62,219 bases of DNA from Cyanophyceae cyanobacterium (GTDB lineage: Bacteria; Cyanobacteriota; Cyanobacteriia; Cyanobacteriales; Laspinemataceae). Made by a program: the position numbers and the translations under genes. This document shows, piece by piece, positions 33,302-44,202 of the stretch. Every line of letters starts with the position of its first letter. Positions within the stretch are counted from its first letter, which is position 1. The stretch covers positions 1-62,219 of the forward strand of contig JBBQFN010000030.1 in assembly GCA_038321985.1 (NCBI GenBank), read 5' to 3'. Under the pieces are notes generated by a model. That model worked only from the letters and a program-made list of their open reading frames with translations. It made no database searches and was not told the DNA's origin.

Positions 33302-34354
33302 TTATTGAATCGGTCCTCGCCTATCCAGGGGCCAAAATCTTCTCGGGGCTTTTCCTATAATATTTTCTTGAGGGACAAATCCCCAGTAGTGACTGTCATA
33401 ACTATTATTGCGATTGTCTCCTAAGACAAAGTAATTATTTTGAGGAACCGTAACGGGTCCGTGTTGATAGTTTGGAGGTTCAGCAATGTAGGATTCTTTC
33501 AAAGGTTGGTTATTAATCTTAACCTGTCCATTAATGACTTCTACTGTTTCTCCGGGCAAACCAATAATTCGGCAGATAAAAGCGTCTTTGAAATTTTGTT
33601 CTAGGAGAACTTGTGTAGGGGAAAACACAATAATATCACCCCGTTCAGGTGGATTGAATTTATAAGTTATTTTATCAATAATTAGACGATCATGTATTTG
33701 CAAGGTAGGTATCATAGATCCAGAGGGTATGTACCGACTTTCAATAGCATGGCTTTTTATCAAAAGTCCTGGAAATGATACAACCAAAGGAGCAATAACG
33801 AATAAACCAATAAGTAAGGGAGCTTTTTCTTTAAAAATGTTGTTTTTCTTGTTCATGAATTGATAAACATGGCAAGCAACCCCAAATCGGAATATTACCA
33901 CAAATATTACAGGGGTAAAAATAGCAACGGCTATCGTGGTAATAAAAAAAACAATTCCTTGACCTATTTTTTTAATGTAAAAATGACCCAGTCCCGGAAT
34001 CAATAGGGAAAGAAAAACAGCCAACCAAGGGTCTTTCTGGGCTTTTCGTAAGGTTTCAAATTTCAGGCTGTTACTCTTTCTTGCGGAGGAATGAGCATCA
34101 AAGACATTCCAGATAATTAAACCAACATTTATCAGTAAGCAAAGGAGGGGAATCACCCCCGGGATATCAGGCATTAATAATGACCCAATAGCCCCTATGG
34201 AATTTGCGATGACTACGGCTAAAATAACCAGTCCTCGGATTAAATGGCCGGCGTAAATTTGCCCAGCACCTGGAAAATTTTGTGATAAAATTACGGCAAT
34301 CCAAGGCTGCTTTTCTAGATTGGATGGAGATAAGTTTTTGGGTGATTGAGTCAT
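33302..34354 (-). CDS. Signal peptidase I (S26) paralog with multi-TM N-terminal domain; catalytic Lys replaced by Cys
   Basis: IPSGSMIPTL (Ser), RGDIIVF, FICRIIGLPG, GDNRNNSYDSH; two PW(I/L)AV..S...PG.G repeats at the N-terminus. Confidence 0.85.
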   Translation of the reverse strand: MTQSPKNLSPSNLEKQPWIAVILSQNFPGAGQIYAGHLIRGLVILAVVIANSIGAIGSLLMPDIPGVIPLLCLLINVGLIIWNVFDAHSSARKSNSLKFETLRKAQKDPWLAVFLSLLIPGLGHFYIKKIGQGIVFFITTIAVAIFTPVIFVVIFRFGVACHVYQFMNKKNNIFKEKAPLLIGLFVIAPLVVSFPGLLIKSHAIESRYIPSGSMIPTLQIHDRLIIDKITYKFNPPERGDIIVFSPTQVLLEQNFKDAFICRIIGLPGETVEVINGQVKINNQPLKESYIAEPPNYQHGPVTVPQNNYFVLGDNRNNSYDSHYWGFVPQENIIGKAPRRFWPLDRRGPIQ

Positions 34355-34548
34355 GGCTTGTAGTGGGGTGGGTGTTAATTAGAAAGAGGTTTTAGGCAAT
34401 TCTTTAAGAAATGTATCAGCCTAACTACTGTTACATTCAAACGGACGCTTTCAACTTTGTGGGTGTTTTTCAGCCCTTTGAAAATAGCTCGCGAAGTCGA
34501 AGCGCGGGCTTTTATTGATGTACTTGAAGGGTTTTCGGGGTCATTTAT

Positions 34549-34917
34549 TTATTCCTCTACTGCATATTGCTTGAGTTCGGCTTCCGATACATACTCTAAA
34601 GCGGATACATGAGTAGCTGAAAGGACGATGGGAGGGGCGACTCCGGCATCCAGGGCTTCTTTCCAGCGTGAGGCGCACAAACACCAGCGATCGCCGGGTT
34701 TTAAGCCGGGAAAATTAAACAGGGGAACAGCGGAACTCAAATCATTTCCCCGCTGTTTGGTGAAGGTGAGAAATTCTTCGGTGACTTGTGCACAAACGAT
34801 ATGAGCACCGTAGTCTCCCCCTCCGGTGTTACATTTTCCATCCCGGTAATACCCTGTCATGGGGGAGGTACAGCAATTTTCCAGTTTTCCCCCCAATACG
34901 TTCGCTGCTTCTGTCAC
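34549..34917 (-). CDS. DUF2237-family protein
   Basis: NVLGGKLENC, PMTGYYRDGKC, GNDLS, GLKPGDRWCLCASRW; GTG start after AGGAGA. Confidence 0.85.
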   Translation of the reverse strand: MTEAANVLGGKLENCCTSPMTGYYRDGKCNTGGGDYGAHIVCAQVTEEFLTFTKQRGNDLSSAVPLFNFPGLKPGDRWCLCASRWKEALDAGVAPPIVLSATHVSALEYVSEAELKQYAVEE

Positions 34918-34987
34918 CACTGCCGATTCTCCTTTTAATTTCGCTTGTTTTATAGCATAGCCGGATGAACTGACGGTTGGCAAGGGG

Positions 34988-35212
34988 TTAGGATTCTTCT
35001 AAGGACGCTTGATACAGGCTGTGCAGTAAATTCTCTAATTTTTCTTCGGGACAACACTCAATGATAGCTTCATAAACATCCCATAACTTAGCAGCGGTTT
35101 CTCCCAGGGTGGGACTCATTTCCCACACATCTTGTACCCATTCTCGGGGATGTTCTTCGTCAAAAATTAGCCGTTCTAATAACTGTTTTGCTTCAGTTCT
35201 AGTAATTGCCAT
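34988..35212 (-). CDS. Small acidic hypothetical protein
   Basis: 74 aa ORF co-directional between uvrB and the DUF2237 gene. Confidence 0.7.
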   Translation of the reverse strand: MAITRTEAKQLLERLIFDEEHPREWVQDVWEMSPTLGETAAKLWDVYEAIIECCPEEKLENLLHSLYQASLEES

Positions 35213-35450
35213 CGGTTCGAGGGATAAACAACAATAATCAGCCGTGAATGGACATCATTCAACTCCAGCAAATGGAAGCTGTGAAAAAAACGCTGATTCC
35301 CCAGGCAGTCTGGAATCTAGACTTTTTGGGGGCTGGCTGTAGTTCAGTTTCATGATGCCCACCACTTAGGGGATTCTAACTATACCATAGGTTTAGGGTC
35401 CCGGGATGAGATTAGGCAGGGAGTTTTCCACTCCCTTAGGCTGGATGAGA

Positions 35451-37460
35451 TTAGGAATGACCCACGAGTTTATCTCGCAGCTTTTTGATGCGATCGCGCA
35501 GTTTGGCGGCTTCTTCAAATTCTAGCTTTTTGGCAGCCTCTTTCATCTGAAGTTCTAGCTTAGAAATGGCTTCGGGAATGTCTTCTAAGGGCAATTCCTG
35601 AAGGGCGATCGCCAGGGAATCAACTCCTTCAGCTTCGGCAGCATTTAAGCGCCGCGAAACATCTAGGAAGGCTAAAATTGCATTCGTGGATTTCTTAATA
35701 ATGGTTTGAGGTGTAATCCCATGCATCTGATTGTAGGCTATCTGAATTCCTCGTCGGCGATCGGTTTCTTCGATCGCCAAGGTCATACTTTTGGTCATGT
35801 TATCGGCATACATGATAGCCTGTCCCCGGATATGGCGGGCAGCGCGTCCGATGGTTTGGACGAGGGACCGATGCGATCGCAAAAATCCTTCTTTATCCGC
35901 ATCTAAAATGGCAACGAGAGAGACTTCTGGCAAGTCTAATCCCTCCCGCAACAAGTTGACCCCAATCAACACATCAAATTCCCCTTCCCGCAAATCCTGG
36001 AGGATTTCAATCCGTTGGATAGAGTTAATATCCGAGTGCAAATAACGGACCCGAGTTCCCCGGTCCTGGAAATACTCGGTGAGGTCTTCGGCCATGCGTT
36101 TAGTTAAAGTGGTAACCAGCACTCGTTCATTGCGTTTAACCCGGTCTTTAATCTCACCTAACAAATCATCTACTTGACCGTCGGTAGGACGCACAAAGAT
36201 TTCTGGGTCTACTACCCCCGTGGGTCGAATAATCTGTTCGATAACTTCTCCGGCAGATTGTTCGATTTCCCAGTCTCCGGGGGTGGCGGAGACAAAGATA
36301 CATTGATTCATATTGGCCCAAAATTCCTCCGCTTTTAAGGGTCGGTTATCGGCGGCGGAGGGGAGGCGAAATCCATGTTCGATCAGGACCATTTTTCGGG
36401 CGCGATCGCCGTTGTACATTCCTCGAATTTGGGGGACGGTGACGTGAGATTCATCCACGACCAATAACCAATCTTTGGGAAAATAATCTAGTAAACATTC
36501 GGGGGGTTCTCCCGCTTCCCGTCCGGCCATGTGGCGGGAATAATTTTCAACCCCGTTGCAATATCCTACTTCTCTGAGTAGTTCTAGGTCGTAGCGGGTG
36601 CGTTGTTCTATCCGTTGTGCTTCGACTAATTTGCCAGCTTTTTCAAGTTCCTGGAGGCGGTCTTCCAGTTCCAGTTCGATCGCCTGGCAAGCTGCTTCGA
36701 GGCGGTCTTCAGGGGTAACAAAGTGACGTGCTGGATAGATACTTAGAGTATCGAGACTGGCGAGAATCCCTCCAGTAACCGGATCGACGTAGCGAATGGC
36801 CTCGATTTCATCCCCGAAGAATTCGACGCGAACGATGCGGTCCTCATAAGCGGGTCCGATTTCTAGGACATCGCCTTTAACGCGGAAGCGTCCTCGACCC
36901 ATTTCTATGTCGTTGCGATGATATTGGATACCTGCGAGGTCACGCAAGAGTTGCCGGGGTTCTAATTCTTGTCCGACTTGTAGGGGGATGGCCGCGTTGA
37001 GGTATTCTGAGGGCATTCCCAACCCGTAAATGCAGCTAATGGAGGCGACTACTATCACATCCCGGCGTTCAAAGAGCGATCGCGTGGCCGAATGCCGCAG
37101 CATATCGATTTCCTCATTAATGGCGGAGGTTTTTTCGATATAAGTATCGGTGACGGCAATATAGGCTTCCGGTTGATAGTAGTCGTAATAGCTGATAAAG
37201 TATTCAACGGCATTATGGGGGAAAAATTGCCGCAATTCGTTACACAGTTGGGCGGCGAGAGTTTTGTTATGGGCGAGCACAAGGGTGGGTTTCCCGACTT
37301 GTGCGATGGTGTTCGCGATGGTAAAGGTTTTTCCCGTACCTGTGGCACCTAAGAGGGTTTGATAGGGCTTTTCCCCTTGGATGCCGTTGACAAGTTTGGC
37401 GATCGCTTGGGGTTGGTCGCCTGTCGGTTGATAGGGCGCTTCAAGACGAAAGGGTTGCAT
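35451..37460 (-). CDS. uvrB: Excinuclease ABC subunit B
   Basis: [23 protein letters not shown]-terminal UVR domain. Confidence 0.97.
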   Translation of the reverse strand: MQPFRLEAPYQPTGDQPQAIAKLVNGIQGEKPYQTLLGATGTGKTFTIANTIAQVGKPTLVLAHNKTLAAQLCNELRQFFPHNAVEYFISYYDYYQPEAYIAVTDTYIEKTSAINEEIDMLRHSATRSLFERRDVIVVASISCIYGLGMPSEYLNAAIPLQVGQELEPRQLLRDLAGIQYHRNDIEMGRGRFRVKGDVLEIGPAYEDRIVRVEFFGDEIEAIRYVDPVTGGILASLDTLSIYPARHFVTPEDRLEAACQAIELELEDRLQELEKAGKLVEAQRIEQRTRYDLELLREVGYCNGVENYSRHMAGREAGEPPECLLDYFPKDWLLVVDESHVTVPQIRGMYNGDRARKMVLIEHGFRLPSAADNRPLKAEEFWANMNQCIFVSATPGDWEIEQSAGEVIEQIIRPTGVVDPEIFVRPTDGQVDDLLGEIKDRVKRNERVLVTTLTKRMAEDLTEYFQDRGTRVRYLHSDINSIQRIEILQDLREGEFDVLIGVNLLREGLDLPEVSLVAILDADKEGFLRSHRSLVQTIGRAARHIRGQAIMYADNMTKSMTLAIEETDRRRGIQIAYNQMHGITPQTIIKKSTNAILAFLDVSRRLNAAEAEGVDSLAIALQELPLEDIPEAISKLELQMKEAAKKLEFEEAAKLRDRIKKLRDKLVGHS

Positions 37461-37708
37461 ATTCGGATGGAGGATGAGTTCTTTCCTATTGTAAAGGGTT
37501 GTTGAGGGAAATATCTACTCCATAGCCTGAGGGGGTACTGACGCCTGGGAAGTAGTATTAATTCCTACTTGATTTCTGACTGGTGATGATTAAGATACTC
37601 CTAAAGACAGAGGGCAATGGTTAAATTTTGTTGCTACTATCAGTTTACAGCTAAATATTTCCAGCGATAAAAATTTTAGCTGATAAAAATATAAGAGGGG
37701 GAATTCAA

Positions 37709-37906
37709 ATGAGTATTGAAAATAGAATCAAAGCTACGGCTAAGAATATCGAAGGGAAAGCTCAAGAAGCCTTGGGCGAACTGACGGGCGACCCCAAGCA
37801 AAAGATAGTGGGTAAAGCCAAGCAAATTCAAGCTAATGTTGAACATGGCGCGGAAAACTTAAAAGAAGAACTGGATTACAAAAAAACTGAAATAGAACGG
37901 CTCTAA
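37709..37906 (+). CDS. CsbD-family stress protein
   Basis: AKNIEGKAQEALGELTGDPK...GKAKQ. Confidence 0.85.
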   Translation: MSIENRIKATAKNIEGKAQEALGELTGDPKQKIVGKAKQIQANVEHGAENLKEELDYKKTEIERL

Positions 37907-37919
37907 GTCAGTTAAGCGG

Positions 37920-37962
37920 AAAAAGGGGCAGGGGAACTCTAACGTTCCCCTGCCCCTTTTTT
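37920..37962 (+). terminator. Rho-independent terminator
   Basis: aaaaaggggcaggggaac...gttcccctgccccttttttt. Confidence 0.8.
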
Positions 37963-38142
37963 AATGAAAATGAACAGTAGCAAACCGGCCCGAATTAGAT
38001 AGGAATCTGCCCCGATGTCGCTGATCCCCGCTTTTAATCGAGAAGAGTAGAAAGTAAATATATCCAGCGGTAGATGTTTTGTGGGGATCAAGCTTGCTAA
38101 TCTAATTACAGATAGACAAAAGTCACAAAGACGGAGAATAAG

Positions 38143-38325
38143 ATGAGCGCTGAAGATAGAGTTAATGCAACTGCAAAAAATATTGAAGGGAAAGCTCAAG
38201 AAGCGTTAGGAAACGTGACTGGAGACCCCAAAGACCAGGCTGAAGGCAAAATGAAACAAGCTGAAGCCGAAGCCAAACACACCAAAGAAGACATCAAAGA
38301 TAACATTAAAAAAGCAATTGACTAA
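38143..38325 (+). CDS. CsbD-family stress protein
   Basis: AKNIEGKAQEALGNVTGDPKDQAEGKMKQ; SD GGAG. Confidence 0.9.
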   Translation: MSAEDRVNATAKNIEGKAQEALGNVTGDPKDQAEGKMKQAEAEAKHTKEDIKDNIKKAID

Positions 38326-38467
38326 CGTTTAATCTTTGATAGAGGGAAGGGAGGGGGTTGACTCCCTCCCTTCCCTTAGTCGATCTTATTCACCTTTAAA
38401 TAAACAGACAGACCCCTGGGAGACAGCGGGTCGGTTAAATTTCTATAAGTTTAGGAGGAAAATTCAG

Positions 38468-38914
38468 GTGAGCGTGTTTAAGCAAGTTCGGAAAGTGTTG
38501 GCTACTCTAGTCTTAGTATTAGTCTTGAGCGTGGTTACCGCCTGTAGTGCTGCACCTCCGACGGCGCAGCAACCCAATCTCATCTCCCCCTCAGCGACGA
38601 GTCCGCACAATTACGCACAACTCGAACGGGGTAATACGGGAAGCGGGGAAAATTTTGGGAACTGGGTCGTCCGAAGTGCTAAAGGACTGGTTCAAGATGC
38701 CTATGTGCGAGACAATGATAAATTAGGTGTAGTGATTACGTCGCAAGTTCGACCCAATGAAGTGAGAGATTTAGCCCGATCGCTCGCTCAAGGATTTCAC
38801 CAAAATTTCCCAGAACGGGATTTAACGGTTTTGGTGTATGCACCCGATAAAAAACTGATTATGACGGCGAATTATGATGTTAAGTCTCAGCAGATTCAGT
38901 ATAAAGCTGGATAG
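38468..38914 (+). CDS. Hypothetical lipoprotein
   Basis: GTG start after AGGAGG; lipobox VVTAC. Confidence 0.8.
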   Translation: MSVFKQVRKVLATLVLVLVLSVVTACSAAPPTAQQPNLISPSATSPHNYAQLERGNTGSGENFGNWVVRSAKGLVQDAYVRDNDKLGVVITSQVRPNEVRDLARSLAQGFHQNFPERDLTVLVYAPDKKLIMTANYDVKSQQIQYKAG

Positions 38915-38977
38915 ACTGGGACCCTGATGATTCCCGCCGGCAAGAGCATTCCATTGATTTAAAACTAGGAGAATAAC

Positions 38978-39493
38978 ATGGCTAGCAGTGACGAATATAA
39001 ACGGGAGATCATGAGCGATTTGGCCCGAGGCGATCGCGAAACCCTGCAAAATGCACCGCAAACGGACGATTATCAAAATTTTGATGACTTTGCCCAACGT
39101 TCGACGCGGGAAGAACGCCATCGGTTATTTAGCGAGTCTTTGCAACACGATCGCATCCCTCCCTCCCAGATGGAACCGGAACTTAGAAAAGCGGTTGAGC
39201 AAATTAAGCCGGATGAACGGGATGATGTGGCAAAAGAGTTCTTCAAAGAATTTAAGAAAAGAGGACTCAGCGATCGCGATTTAGAAAAACAACTTGCCCT
39301 TTCCACTCACAATGCTAAGCATATGACAGCGGAGGATGTGGCAAAGATTGGATCGTTCGCCTATCATGCACATCCTGATATTTTCCGGGACGTTTTAGCC
39401 GATAAACCCTGGATGCTGAAGTTTGTGAGTAATCCTTTAGTGGCAGCCATTTTAGGAATTGCCGCAGCCAAGTGGCTGAGTAATCGCAAGTAA
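38978..39493 (+). CDS. Hypothetical protein
   Basis: 171 aa ORF with AGGAG SD; C-terminal hydrophobic/amphipathic helix. Confidence 0.8.
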   Translation: MASSDEYKREIMSDLARGDRETLQNAPQTDDYQNFDDFAQRSTREERHRLFSESLQHDRIPPSQMEPELRKAVEQIKPDERDDVAKEFFKEFKKRGLSDRDLEKQLALSTHNAKHMTAEDVAKIGSFAYHAHPDIFRDVLADKPWMLKFVSNPLVAAILGIAAAKWLSNRK

Positions 39494-39925
39494 GGCAACT
39501 GCCTTGCCAAATTCATAAATCTGGGGCCAAGGGGCGATCGCAAGCGATCGCCCCTTGGTTGCTGAGTCCCCTGTATCCTGGGGTCCTCCACTCCTCGGGG
39601 TGACGAACCCCAGGATGCAGGGGGAACGCCTCTCCCCGCTTATCATCCCAATAAGATTTTTTTTAAGAGTTTTACAAAAATTTACAGTAATGTAGAGTTC
39701 TATGAACTCCTCTGAAGATCCTTAAACCCGTATAATTAAGGCTTAAGTTAGAACCCTAAAAGAGATCTGACCGCGAAAGCTAGTCTCCGACCCATTAGCT
39801 TTGCTCCTATCGCCATCGATGAGGGAGAAATCTACTGACTCAACCGTGCCAAAAAAGGGCGGAAACGAGACGGATTTTCAGGAGTTCGGAAAGCCAGCCC
39901 AGTTTTTTTGGAGGAGAATCCCGAG

Positions 39926-40363
39926 ATGGTGGATAGTGCGATTACTGATGAGACTGAGAACCCTACACCCGAAAACGAACCCCAAGATACTATGAAATCG
40001 AAAATACAAGATAAATTACCCGAAGAAACGGGCGCTAAAGGCATTGAACTCTATCGCCAAGGGGGTTTACCCGGAAACCGCCCGATCGGAGAGAGTAACT
40101 TCGAGATTTCTGACAATATCAACCTGTCGGGAAATCGTCCCGTGGAGGCAAGCCATTTTTTGGTAGTTGATACCATAAACTCCTCCGGGATTCGTCCGAT
40201 TGGGGCCAGTCTGATTCACATCTCCCACTCCATGCAGGTATCAGGAAAACGTCCGATTACGGAGAGTACCCTCCTCATGAACTGCGATCACCTGATGGGA
40301 AACCGTCCCATCTCCTCCAATCAAGGAGATGAAAATGATGGATTAATGGGTTTCCTGGATTAA
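39926..40363 (+). CDS. Hypothetical protein with five G-x-R-P-(I/V) repeats; start uncertain
   Basis: GNRPI, GNRPV, GIRPI, GKRPI, GNRPI at 18-19 aa spacing; GGAGGAG upstream of ATG 39926. Confidence 0.7.
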   Translation: MVDSAITDETENPTPENEPQDTMKSKIQDKLPEETGAKGIELYRQGGLPGNRPIGESNFEISDNINLSGNRPVEASHFLVVDTINSSGIRPIGASLIHISHSMQVSGKRPITESTLLMNCDHLMGNRPISSNQGDENDGLMGFLD

Positions 40364-40462
40364 ACTCTGGCCGGGCGATTCATTCTGAAGAATTAGGGCG
40401 TCTGTTTTCCCGACAAGCAGAAAAAGGGGTTAACGTTGCGATCGCCCCCGTTGACAGGCTTC

Positions 40463-41401
40463 CTAGATCGCACTATCGGAGGATGCTACCTGCCACAGGG
40501 CGATCGTCTGGTCCCCACTCCCGGAAGCCAATACCCGCCCATCGGGACTAAATGCCAGCGATCGCACGGCGTCGGAATGTCCCACGAGTGAGGCAATTTG
40601 CTCTCCGGTGTTGCAATTCCACAGGGCAACGGTCTGGTCCCAACTTCCCGAAGCGAGGACCTCTCCATTAGGATGAAAGGTAACCGCATTGACAATATCG
40701 GAATGTCCCCGGAGTGAGGCAATTTGCTCTCCGGTGTTGCAATTCCACAGGGCAACTGTCTGGTCCCAACTGCTAGAGGCGAGGACCTGCCCATGAGGAC
40801 TGAATTCTACCCCGGTAACCCCAGCAGAATGCCCGGTGAGGGTGCAAAGTTTTTCCCCAGTCTTCAAATTCCACAGAAAAATCTGGCGATCGCTACTACC
40901 CCCCGCTAAAATCCGGCCATCGGGACTAATTGCAACGGACTGGATCTCCGAAAGTTCCTCAGTCTCGGATGTTAGAGTCAAGAGGTTTTTACCCGTGAGA
41001 AAATTCCAGACTTTAACCGTGCGATCGCCACTCGTACTCACCAGAGTTTTGCCATCCGGGGAAAAAGTCACCGCCAAAACGGGTTCAGAATGGCCTCCAA
41101 ACCATCGCCCAAACTGGCGAATCAGTTTAAATGTGCCAACATCCCATAACTGAACCTTTTTGTCCGTACTGCAACTCACCAGAGTTTTGCCATCCGGGGA
41201 AAAAGCCACGGATAGAACCGATCCAGAATGTCCCGAGAGACTGTGGATTTTTTGACCGCTGAGGAGATCCCACAGGGCAATCGTTTGGTCCCAACTGCTA
41301 CTCGCCAGGGTTTTCCCATCCGGGGCGATCGCCACAGATGTCACCCGGTCTAAATGGCCCGAGAGGGTCTCACACCACCGCCAAATCGAACAGTCAGCCA
41401 T
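40463..41401 (-). CDS. WD40-repeat beta-propeller protein (7 blades)
   Basis: Repeated GHS...V..VAFSPDG..LAS.S.D.T..LW; alternative GTG start at 41458. Confidence 0.92.
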   Translation of the reverse strand: MADCSIWRWCETLSGHLDRVTSVAIAPDGKTLASSSWDQTIALWDLLSGQKIHSLSGHSGSVLSVAFSPDGKTLVSCSTDKKVQLWDVGTFKLIRQFGRWFGGHSEPVLAVTFSPDGKTLVSTSGDRTVKVWNFLTGKNLLTLTSETEELSEIQSVAISPDGRILAGGSSDRQIFLWNLKTGEKLCTLTGHSAGVTGVEFSPHGQVLASSSWDQTVALWNCNTGEQIASLRGHSDIVNAVTFHPNGEVLASGSWDQTVALWNCNTGEQIASLVGHSDAVRSLAFSPDGRVLASGSGDQTIALWQVASSDSAI

Positions 41402-41478
41402 TATAATTTTTGAAATGCAAGGGGTTGTAGTGATTATTTTATCTGCAAACTGATTCACTACAAACAGTCCAGATCAAC

Positions 41479-43968
41479 CTACGCCGCTTGACTGAGATCA
41501 ACTCCTTGGGCCGGTACACGAACCACCATCGGTAGAGCAATTTCAAACGCCGATCCGCGACCTAATTGGCTTTCCACGGCGATCGCACCGCCCATCATCT
41601 CGCAATATTTTTTCACTAAAGCTAAACCCAATCCCGTCCCACCATACTTGCGCGTAGTCGAATCATCCCCCTGGACAAAGGGTTGAAACAGTTCGGCGAT
41701 CTGTTGGTCACTCATGCCAATTCCCGTATCCTTGACTTTAAATAGAATCCAGGTAAATTTACTATCCCGGATTTGAGAATAATTTAGGATAACCTGTTCC
41801 CCAGTATCCTCGGCAGGATTGATCATCCGAACCTCTAAAGTAATTTTGCCATTTTTAGTAAATTTAGCGGCATTACCCAGCAGATTTAACAGCATTTGCC
41901 GGACCTTGGTTGCATCCGCTGTCATCATCCTGATTTTTGGGGGATAATCGACCCACACAGCATTGCCATTGGCACCCATCAACGGTTCCACGGTGGTGAC
42001 GACATCTTGAATCAAGTCAGGGATATCGAAGGCATCCAGGCATAAATCCATTTTTCCGGCTTCAATCTTAGAAATATCCAAAATGTCACTGACGATCGCC
42101 AAGAGATTTTTCCCCGCTACGTTAATCTTTTGGAGGTCGCTGATCACCTGTTCATCACAGAGAATATCCTCTATCTCTTCTTGCAGCAGTTCACTATAGC
42201 CAACGATCGCATTGAGTGGCGTTCGTAATTCGTGACTCATATTTGCCAGAAAGGTACTTTTAGCCCGACTGGCTGCTTGTGCAGCATAAACCGCTGCCTC
42301 TAATTCTTCGCTACGTTCTTCGATTTGCCGAGAACGAACTTCTAACCCTTTGAGTAAACAGCTAACCTGTTGTGCCATTGTATTCAAGGTGGAAGAGAGG
42401 ACCCCGATTTCATCCCCAGAAACCAGGGACGATCGCGCAGTTAAATCCCCTGAGGCTAGGCGCTGCGCTGTTTTAGTGACTCGATTTAAAGCCCGAGTAA
42501 TTCGGGAAATGACAAAAAAAGCGACGGCGATCGAGATGATGCTCAATAGTAGCAGCATCAGCAGTAAATATTGACTCCGTTGCGCGGCCACCATTGTCTC
42601 ATAGCACCATTGCACCATTTCAGACTCGGGGGAAGAGAGTTGATCCACCCGCTGAGTTAAGGCGGCGATATTCCTTTGAATTTCCGCCGCAGTCAGCCAC
42701 TCCAGCCCCAAGGCAACCCAGGCGATCGCCACTAAGGCCGTAAATAAGCTCATCAGTTTGGCATTAATTCCCCAGCGAAATCCCCGTTGAGAGAGTCCTG
42801 CCGCCCAAGGATAGCGGTGCAGAAAGGGGTCGGGTGCGACTGCCTCCCCAGAATTCCAAATTTCCGCGATCGCACCGTCGGGCTTGATTTTGCCAATCCG
42901 GATGGTGTTCCAAAGATGCTGGGTTTTAGAATCCAACTTGACTAAGCCTTTGGGGGTCACTAATTCTATATTTTTGGCCGCTGCTTTGACCTTGGCAACT
43001 TGAGTGGACTGGGCTTTTTCCACGGCTTTTTTCCACAAATAGACCCCCAAATAGCCAGAAGCGATCGGGTCTGCAGTGACGCGATCGCTGCCATACTTAG
43101 CCTTATAAGCCCTCACGAATTTCTGATTTTCCAGAGTATCCACACTTTGAAAATAATTCCATGCCACCAGATGTCCGGCAATATATTCGGCCCCAATTTC
43201 CCGGACTTCTGCCTCCGCCACACTTACAGACATTACAGGCAAGCAGTCGGGGGTCAAACCCGCCGCCTGTAACTGCTTAAAAAACGCCACATTAGTATCG
43301 CCATTGAGGGTATTAAGCACCGCATCTGGTTGCACCGAAAGAATATGGGCGATCGCTGTACTCACGTCCTGAGAACCCAGGGGAATGTATTCTTCCCCAG
43401 CTAAAACAGCATTTTGGCCCACCAATTGTGCTTTAATAATTTGATTAGCCGTCCGGGGAAAAATATAATCTGACCCGAGTAAATAAATGTGGCGAAATCC
43501 CTGATCTAGTAAATATTGCACCGCCGGAACAATTTGCTGATTGGGTGCCGCACCCGTATAAAAGATATTCGGAGACTGTTCTAACCCTTCATATTGCACG
43601 GGATAAAATAACAACCCATTTAATTCTTCAAAGATGGGCAGTACCGCCTTGCGTGAAGCCGAAGTCCAGCAGCCAAATACCACCTTAACTTGCTCTTGAG
43701 TTAATAATTGTTGGGCTTGTTCCGCAAAGGTTTTTAAATTGCTTGCCCCATCAGCAATCACGGCTTCCAGGGGTCTACCCAGCACCCCACCTGCGGCATT
43801 AATTTCTTCAATGGCTAACAAGGTTGCATCCTTGACGGATACTTCCCCGATCGACATGGTACCCGTTAGGGAATGTAACACCCCCACTTTAATCGGCTGA
43901 TTGGGGGATATGACGCGCTCAGGCACTGGAAAAAACCGCTCATACATAGGGTATTGAGTAAACTTCAT
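41479..43968 (-). CDS. Histidine kinase with N-terminal UrtA/AmiC-like binding domain, two TMs and HAMP
   Basis: [33 protein letters not shown]-box [35 protein letters not shown]. Confidence 0.9.
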   Translation of the reverse strand: MKFTQYPMYERFFPVPERVISPNQPIKVGVLHSLTGTMSIGEVSVKDATLLAIEEINAAGGVLGRPLEAVIADGASNLKTFAEQAQQLLTQEQVKVVFGCWTSASRKAVLPIFEELNGLLFYPVQYEGLEQSPNIFYTGAAPNQQIVPAVQYLLDQGFRHIYLLGSDYIFPRTANQIIKAQLVGQNAVLAGEEYIPLGSQDVSTAIAHILSVQPDAVLNTLNGDTNVAFFKQLQAAGLTPDCLPVMSVSVAEAEVREIGAEYIAGHLVAWNYFQSVDTLENQKFVRAYKAKYGSDRVTADPIASGYLGVYLWKKAVEKAQSTQVAKVKAAAKNIELVTPKGLVKLDSKTQHLWNTIRIGKIKPDGAIAEIWNSGEAVAPDPFLHRYPWAAGLSQRGFRWGINAKLMSLFTALVAIAWVALGLEWLTAAEIQRNIAALTQRVDQLSSPESEMVQWCYETMVAAQRSQYLLLMLLLLSIISIAVAFFVISRITRALNRVTKTAQRLASGDLTARSSLVSGDEIGVLSSTLNTMAQQVSCLLKGLEVRSRQIEERSEELEAAVYAAQAASRAKSTFLANMSHELRTPLNAIVGYSELLQEEIEDILCDEQVISDLQKINVAGKNLLAIVSDILDISKIEAGKMDLCLDAFDIPDLIQDVVTTVEPLMGANGNAVWVDYPPKIRMMTADATKVRQMLLNLLGNAAKFTKNGKITLEVRMINPAEDTGEQVILNYSQIRDSKFTWILFKVKDTGIGMSDQQIAELFQPFVQGDDSTTRKYGGTGLGLALVKKYCEMMGGAIAVESQLGRGSAFEIALPMVVRVPAQGVDLSQAA

Positions 43969-44202
43969 TAGGGGTGGTTAGAGTCTGCTGATATGTCAAA
44001 GATCCCAATAGCCACTGTTCGCCATCAGCACAATCATCACAATGCAAGATTGGGAGCTATAGACGCCCAGGGATAACCGGGGACCCCAAACCGGAAGCCG
44101 CGCTTCGGGGTGGCTTAAAGGGCAAACCCGAAGCAAATTCGACAAATTCATACAGGCTCAAATAGCCTATGACTCCTTATCCTCAAACTGTATCCCCAAG
44201 CT

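Noticed and set aside
44118..44150. GGCAAACCCGAAGCAAATTCG resembling the start of a c-di-GMP-I riboswitch
   Set aside because: The downstream GACGCAAAG junction and P1/P3 pairing are absent
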